Source: Gaiella sp.
Lineage (GTDB): Bacteria; Actinomycetota; Thermoleophilia; Gaiellales; Gaiellaceae
Assembly: GCF_035558935.1 (NCBI RefSeq)
Contig: NZ_DATMBZ010000014.1
Location: 244 to 64,243, forward strand
Length of the DNA: 64,000 nucleotides
Direction of reading: 5' to 3'
Shown: piece by piece, positions 59,458 through 64,000 of the stretch
Layout of the letters: each line of letters starts with the position of its first letter
Position numbering within the stretch: position 1 is the stretch's first letter
Position numbers and translations under genes: made by a program
The notes under the pieces: generated by a model
Seen by the model: only the letters and a program-made list of their open reading frames with translations
What the model was told of the DNA's origin: nothing
The model's database searches: none

Positions 59458-59781
59458 TCACTTGCGCGGTTCGACGGCGAGGACGAGACCCTCGATCGCG
59501 GTGACGACGACCTCGTCCCCCGGCAGGAGCTCGACGGAGGCGCGGGCCTGCCAGACCTCGCCGTCGAGCTTCACCTGGCCCTGCGGCGCGAGCGCGCGGA
59601 CGACGACTGCGCTGCGGCCGATCAGCGTCTCCGCCCCGACGGTCGCACGCCGCCGCTTCGACCAGCGGACGAAGAAGGCCGTCTCGGCGACGTCGATCGC
59701 AGCGGCGGCGAGAACGGCGACCCATCCCCATGGGGACGGGAGGACGGTCAGCGCCAGGACGACTGCGACGATCGTCAGCAT
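59458..59781 (-). CDS. NfeD-family membrane protein (short form: TM segments + C-terminal OB-fold)
   Basis: Two N-terminal TM helices are followed by ..LIGRSAVVVRALAPQGQVKLDGEVWQARAS..LLPGDEVVVTAIEGLVLAVEP, the NfeD C-terminal OB pattern. Confidence 0.7.
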   Translation of the reverse strand: MLTIVAVVLALTVLPSPWGWVAVLAAAAIDVAETAFFVRWSKRRRATVGAETLIGRSAVVVRALAPQGQVKLDGEVWQARASVELLPGDEVVVTAIEGLVLAVEPRK

Positions 59782-59833
59782 CGGGATGCCTCGGAGACCG
59801 GCCCCGCCGGGGGCCTGTCCCCCGCTTCACGGT

Positions 59834-59858
59834 GGGTCAGTCCCCTACTGGGACAGAC
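59834..59858. repeat. hairpin repeat family B, copy 2 (abuts/overlaps the rplQ stop codon)
   Basis: The minus strand reads GTCTGTCCC-agtaggg-GACTGACCC, against GTCTGTCCC-cgaagag-GACTGACCC at 22432-22456 on the plus strand. Confidence 0.6.
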
Positions 59859-60220
59859 TACGCCTCGTAGTCCACGAGCTCGAGCAGCGCCATCGACGCC
59901 GCGTCGCCCTGGCGCGGGCCGAGCTTGACCACACGCGTGTAGCCGCCGTTTCGCTCCGCGAACCGCGGCGCGACGTCCGAGAAGAGCTTGTGGACGACGT
60001 CGTTCGACCGGAGCTCGGCCATCGCGAGGCGCCGCGCGTGGAGGTCGCCTCGCTTGCCGAGCGTGATCATCTTCTCCGCGAAGGGCTTGACTGCCTTGGC
60101 CTTGGCCTCGGTCGTCTCGATCCGGCCGTGCGTGATCAGCGCGCCGGCAAGGTTCGAGTACAGCGCCTTACGGTGCGCCGAGTCGCGGCCGAGCTTCTTG
60201 CCTGCCTTCGCGTGCCTCAT
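59858..60220 (-). CDS. rplQ: 50S ribosomal protein L17
   Basis: [37 protein letters not shown] matches L17. Confidence 0.96.
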   Translation of the reverse strand: MRHAKAGKKLGRDSAHRKALYSNLAGALITHGRIETTEAKAKAVKPFAEKMITLGKRGDLHARRLAMAELRSNDVVHKLFSDVAPRFAERNGGYTRVVKLGPRQGDAASMALLELVDYEA

Positions 60221-60222
60221 GG

Positions 60223-61197
60223 CTACTGCGGGAGATCCTCGCCCTTGAGGGTCAGTCCGTGCGCGGCGAGAGTCTCGCGAACCTCCTCGATCGACTTGCG
60301 GCCGAAGTTCGGGATCGCGGCGAGCTCGTTCTCGGACTTCGACGTCAGGTCGCCGATCGTCTCGATGCCGACGCGCTTCAGGCAGTTGTACGAGCGGACG
60401 CCGAGCTCGAGCTCCTCGATCGGGAAGTTCTCCATCCCGTGCGAGGTGGTCTGCACCTCGGCCTCGGCGGCCGCGACGTCACCTGCGCCCTCGATGCGCT
60501 CGAGGTCGGTGAAGATCATCAGCTGCCGGATGAGGATCTCGGCCGCCTGGGCGATCGACTCCTTCGGCTCGATCGAGCCGTCGGTCGTCACCTCGAGCAC
60601 GAGCTTGTCGTAGTCGGTGCGCTGACCGACGCGCGCGGCGTCGACCTCGTAGGAGACGCGCCGCACCGGCGAGAAGATCGAGTCGATCGGGATCACGCCG
60701 ATCGTCGTCTCCGGCCCGCGGTTCTGGTCGGCCGGGACGTAACCACGGCCGCGGCCGATCGTGAGAGTCATCTCGAGCTTGCCCTTGTCGGCGAGATGCG
60801 CGAGCTCGAGCTCCGGGTTCAGGATCTCGAGGTCTGCGGGCGCCTCGATGTCGGCCGCCGTGACCGGGCCGGCACCCTTCTTCGAGAGGTGCACCTCGAT
60901 CTCGGGCGACTCGCCGTGCAGCCGGCAGACGAGCTCCTTGAGGTTCAGGATGATGTCGGTGACGTCCTCGCGTACGCCCGGGAGCGTGGTGAACTCGTGG
61001 GCGACGCCCTCGATCTTCACGGCGGTCACGGCCGCCCCCTCGAGCGAGGACAGCAGCACCCGCCGGAGCGAGTTGCCGAACGTGTAGCCGAAGCCGCGGT
61101 CGAGCGGCTCGATCGTGAACCGGCCGGAGCGCTCGTCGGCGTCCTCGGACACGATCCTCGGCGTCTGGAAGTCCATCAGGGAAGCACGGGTGGCCAT
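60223..61197 (-). CDS. rpoA: DNA-directed RNA polymerase subunit alpha
   Basis: ..[30 protein letters not shown].. is the N-terminal domain. The C-terminal domain is ..[22 protein letters not shown]... Confidence 0.96.
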   Translation of the reverse strand: MATRASLMDFQTPRIVSEDADERSGRFTIEPLDRGFGYTFGNSLRRVLLSSLEGAAVTAVKIEGVAHEFTTLPGVREDVTDIILNLKELVCRLHGESPEIEVHLSKKGAGPVTAADIEAPADLEILNPELELAHLADKGKLEMTLTIGRGRGYVPADQNRGPETTIGVIPIDSIFSPVRRVSYEVDAARVGQRTDYDKLVLEVTTDGSIEPKESIAQAAEILIRQLMIFTDLERIEGAGDVAAAEAEVQTTSHGMENFPIEELELGVRSYNCLKRVGIETIGDLTSKSENELAAIPNFGRKSIEEVRETLAAHGLTLKGEDLPQ

Positions 61198-61258
61198 GTG
61201 ATCCTTTCGGGCGATTCGAAACGGGGCGGTTCGGGCGAAGCGCCGGCGGTAGCCGCCG

Positions 61259-61879
61259 TTACTTCGAGTAGAGCTCGACGATCAGGGATTCCTGGACCGG
61301 CGTGTCGATCTCGGCACGCTCGGGCCACTTGAGCACCTTGCCGGTGAGCCCGTCGTGGTCGGCCTGGAGCCACGGAGTGACGACGGCCGTCAGGTCGGTT
61401 GCATCGCGGACGATCGTCTCTGCGGGACTGCCGGACTTGAGCGAGATGACGTCGTCGGGGCGGACGCCGAAGCTCGGGATGTTCACGCGGCGTCCGTTCA
61501 CCAGGAAGTGGCCATGGCGAACGAGCTGCCTCGCCTGCGCCCGGGAGCCCGCGAAGCCGAGTCGGTAGACGACGTTGTCGAGACGGGTCTCGAGCATTCG
61601 CAGCAGGTTCTCGCCGGTCGGGCCGGTGCGGCGGGACGCCTTCTGGTACGTGTTGCGGAACTGCTTCTCGAGCAGGCCGTAGTACCGGCGCGCCTTCTGC
61701 TTCTCGCGCAGCTGCAGCAGGTACTCGCTCTGCTTGATGCGACCGCGGCCGTGCTCGCCCGGCGGGTACGAGCGCCTCTCGATGGCGCACTTCTCCGTGA
61801 GGCAGCGCTCGCCCTTGAGGAACAGCTTGATCCCCTCGCGGCGGCACTGGCGGCACTTGGCTCCGATGTCGCGCGCCAT
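61259..61879 (-). CDS. rpsD: 30S ribosomal protein S4
   Basis: [26 protein letters not shown]...YGLLEKQFR...[12 protein letters not shown] match S4. Confidence 0.96.
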   Translation of the reverse strand: MARDIGAKCRQCRREGIKLFLKGERCLTEKCAIERRSYPPGEHGRGRIKQSEYLLQLREKQKARRYYGLLEKQFRNTYQKASRRTGPTGENLLRMLETRLDNVVYRLGFAGSRAQARQLVRHGHFLVNGRRVNIPSFGVRPDDVISLKSGSPAETIVRDATDLTAVVTPWLQADHDGLTGKVLKWPERAEIDTPVQESLIVELYSK

Positions 61880-62286
61880 CAGCCGCGCCTCCGCTTCTTG
61901 GGACGAACACCGTTGTGCGCCTGCGGGGAGACGTCCTTGACGCCGAGGATCTCGAGGCCCGCGGCCTGGAGCGACCTGATCGCCGTCTCGCGACCCGAGC
62001 CGGGGCCCTTGACGAAGACCTCGACCTTCTGCAGGCCGTGCTCCATGCCCTTCCGAGCCGCGTTGTCGGCGGTGACCTGGGCGGCGAACGGCGTGGACTT
62101 GCGCGAGCCCTTGAAGCCCGCCGAGCCCGCCGACTCCCAGGCGATCACGTTCCCCTCCTTGTCGGTGAGGGACACGATCGTGTTGTTGAACGACGTCTTG
62201 ATGTGAGCCTGGCCGATCGCGATGTTCTTGCGCACGCGGCGGCGGGTGCGGCCGCGCGTGGCTGCCTTGCGAGGAGGTGCCATCAC
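61879..62286 (-). CDS. rpsK: 30S ribosomal protein S11
   Basis: ..[20 protein letters not shown]...[19 protein letters not shown]...[17 protein letters not shown] match S11. Confidence 0.96.
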   Translation of the reverse strand: MMAPPRKAATRGRTRRRVRKNIAIGQAHIKTSFNNTIVSLTDKEGNVIAWESAGSAGFKGSRKSTPFAAQVTADNAARKGMEHGLQKVEVFVKGPGSGRETAIRSLQAAGLEILGVKDVSPQAHNGVRPKKRRRG

Positions 62287-62657
62287 TTCGCCTTCTTGCC
62301 GCGGCCGACGGTCTTCTTCGGGCCCTTGCGGGTGCGTGCGTTCGTCTTCGTGCGCTGCCCGTGGACCGGGAGGTTGCGCCGGTGGCGGAGCCCCCGATAG
62401 GAGCCGATCTCGGAGAGGCGCTTGATCGCCTGCGTGCGCTCCCGGCGCAGGTCGCCCTCTACCTCGAGGCTCGAGTCGATGTAAGTGCGGAGCTTCGTGA
62501 CCTCGTCGTCAGTCAGGTCCTTGACCTTCTCGTCGGGATCGAGGCCGAGCTCCTTGCAGACCTTCTGCGCGGTCGACTGACCGATCCCGTAGATGTAGGT
62601 CAGGCCGATCTCGAGCCGCTTCTGATTCGGAAGGTTGACGCCGGCGATACGTGCCAT
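62283..62657 (-). CDS. rpsM: 30S ribosomal protein S13
   Basis: [26 protein letters not shown]...YRGLRH...[17 protein letters not shown] match S13. Confidence 0.96.
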   Translation of the reverse strand: MARIAGVNLPNQKRLEIGLTYIYGIGQSTAQKVCKELGLDPDEKVKDLTDDEVTKLRTYIDSSLEVEGDLRRERTQAIKRLSEIGSYRGLRHRRNLPVHGQRTKTNARTRKGPKKTVGRGKKAK

Positions 62658-62664
62658 GTGGCTG

Positions 62665-62778
62665 CTAGCCCTGCCTTTGCTTGTGACGGGGGTTGGTGCA
62701 GATCACCATCGTGCGGCCGTGCCGCTTGATCACGCGGCATCGCTCGCACATGGGCTTGACGGATGGACGGACTTTCAA
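62665..62778 (-). CDS. rpmJ: 50S ribosomal protein L36 (not in the supplied ORF track)
   Basis: Hand translation of the minus strand gives (TTG)[36 protein letters not shown]. It has the L36 zinc-ribbon pattern (CxxC...C....H), is 37 aa, and sits between infA and rpsM as expected. Confidence 0.9.
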   Translation of the reverse strand: MKVRPSVKPMCERCRVIKRHGRTMVICTNPRHKQRQG

Positions 62779-62798
62779 GGCTGCTCCCGGGTCGTCGG

Positions 62799-63020
62799 CT
62801 ACTTGAGACGGAAGGTGATGCGGCCGCGCGTGAGGTCGTACGGGGACAGTTCGACCTTCACACGGTCACCCGGAAGAATCCGGATGTAGTGCTTGCGCAT
62901 CTTCCCGGAGATCTTCGCGAGCACGGACTGGCCGCCCTCGAGCTCGACGCGGAACATCGTGCTCGGCAGGGCCTCGACCACCTCGCCCTCGACCTCGATC
63001 TTCTCTTCCTTGACTGCCAA
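62799..63020 (-). CDS. infA: translation initiation factor IF-1
   Basis: (L)[70 protein letters not shown] matches IF-1. A TTG start at 63020 lies 4 nt after GAGGAG. Confidence 0.93.
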   Translation of the reverse strand: MAVKEEKIEVEGEVVEALPSTMFRVELEGGQSVLAKISGKMRKHYIRILPGDRVKVELSPYDLTRGRITFRLK

Positions 63021-63127
63021 CCGACTCCTCGCGCAGGGCTCGTGCCCTGCCCGTCGTGGGTGTTCATGAGTAGATCCGCGCGCACCCGAAGGCATCCGCG
63101 CGGGCTGCTTACTCTAGCAGACCCATG

Positions 63128-63148
63128 GGGCGTGGCTTCAGCCTCGCC
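63128..63148. repeat. 21-nt exact repeat, copy 2 (in the map-infA spacer)
   Basis: GGGCGTGGCTTCAGCCTCGCC is identical to 58677-58697. Confidence 0.7.
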
Positions 63149-63380
63149 TCTCTTCCCACCCGCGGCCGAACCAGAACGCGCGAGACCGAAGCCACCAGGC
63201 CGACGAGCTCCTCGCGCTGTCGACCGTCCTGATCTGTCCGACGTCGCAGTCGACGCCGCCGGCGAGCTTCCATCCCGAGGCGACGATCGACGGTGTCGCG
63301 ACGCGGGTGATGTGCGAGATGGTCGCCCGGGTGCCGCGGGCGGCACGTCAGTCGCAGAGTTGTCGTGATGCGAGGCGTCC

Positions 63381-64000
63381 TCAGACGGACGCGCGGTTGC
63401 CCGTCAGGCTCCCGCGCTCGACCGCAACGCCGACCCGCGGCGTGAGGATCCGGGGTCCTTCCGGGAGAATCGCGACCGTGTGCTCGAAATGGGCCGCGCG
63501 CGAGCCGTCGGACGTCGCGATCGTCCAGCCGTCCTCGGCCAGCCACACCTCCGGCCCGCGCATCGTGATCATCGGCTCGATCGCGATCGTCATGCCCTCC
63601 GAGAGGCGCGGGCCGCGGCCGGGCTCGCCGAAGTTCGGGACGTGGGGATCCTCGTGGTAGTGGCGGCCGACACCGTGCCCGACGAGGCTCTTGACGACCG
63701 AGAACCCCGCACGTTCGACGACGATCTGCACCGCGTGCGAGATGTCTCCGACGCGGTTGCCGAGCCGCGCCTCGGCGATGCCCGCCGCAAGCGCGTCCTG
63801 GCAGACGTCGAGCAGCCGCTGCGACTCGGCGTCGACCTGCCCGATCCCGAACGTGTAGGCGCTGTCGGCGATCGCTCCGCCGAGCGTGACGCCGACGTCG
63901 ATCGTCACCAGGCTGCCCTCCTCGACGACCGTCTCGTCGGGGATCCCGTGGACGACGACGTCGTCGACCGAGATGCAGATCGCGCGAGGGTAGCCCTTGT
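63381..64000 (-). CDS. map: type I methionine aminopeptidase (3' part; 5' end outside window)
   Basis: ..IDVGVTLGGAIADSAYTF...VGHGVGRHYHEDPHVPN...GMTIAIEPMI...AHFEHTV.. carries the metal-ligand motifs. The frame stays open to the window edge. Confidence 0.9.
   Translation of the reverse strand, partial: KGYPRAICISVDDVVVHGIPDETVVEEGSLVTIDVGVTLGGAIADSAYTFGIGQVDAESQRLLDVCQDALAAGIAEARLGNRVGDISHAVQIVVERAGFSVVKSLVGHGVGRHYHEDPHVPNFGEPGRGPRLSEGMTIAIEPMITMRGPEVWLAEDGWTIATSDGSRAAHFEHTVAILPEGPRILTPRVGVAVERGSLTGNRASV

Noticed and set aside
63138-63350. Possible small minus-strand gene in the map-infA spacer ending ..EERRG*, similar to the truA ending ..DGRG*.
   Set aside because: Hand translation gives a Trp/Arg/Ser-rich sequence with no start codon context or protein-like pattern. 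The resemblance comes only from the 21-nt repeat.

Overview
Family calls below come from reading the translations. No similarity search, HMM scan or folding program was run. The window is a very GC-rich (roughly 70% by eye), densely coding chromosomal segment. Its gene content and order look like a high-G+C Gram-positive (Actinomycetota-like) core genome. On the minus strand it carries carD-ispD-(HAD)-ispF, radA, clpC, lysS, greA, coaX, folK/folB/folP, ftsH-hpt-tilS, ligA and the map-infA-rpmJ-rpsM-rpsK-rpsD-rpoA-rplQ-truA block. Interspersed are accessory-looking genes: two VanW paralogs, a DUF4129/MoxR/DUF58 module, acyl-CoA metabolism genes with a TetR regulator, Ku, and a cell-wall hydrolase cluster. 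I support about 75 CDS (two partial at the window edges, and rpmJ missing from the ORF track), one tRNA-Pro(CGG) and one gene remnant. I saw no rRNA, transposase, integrase, cas genes or true CRISPR array. I did not find a clear novel multi-gene system. The signals that ordinary annotation does not explain are mostly non-coding. (1) A 106+105-nt tandem duplication of a strongly structured element lies between the DUF2469 gene and coaX. (2) A promoter / mini-ORF / intrinsic-terminator / uORF leader sits in front of a 57-aa HTH gene next to ku. (3) An AT-rich palindromic operator is shared by a TetR gene and an acyl-CoA dehydrogenase 4 kb away. (4) TAnnnT boxes recur 6-9 nt upstream of start codons, suggesting leaderless mRNAs. 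(5) Three small families of repeated hairpins or exact repeats sit at gene ends. (6) Local synteny breaks occur: an S8 protease inside the fol operon, a MoxR module where relatives carry folE, a HAD gene inside ispD-ispF, and NfeD inside rplQ-truA. The many long Arg/Pro/Gly-rich ORFs antisense to real genes in the ORF track are treated as GC artefacts.
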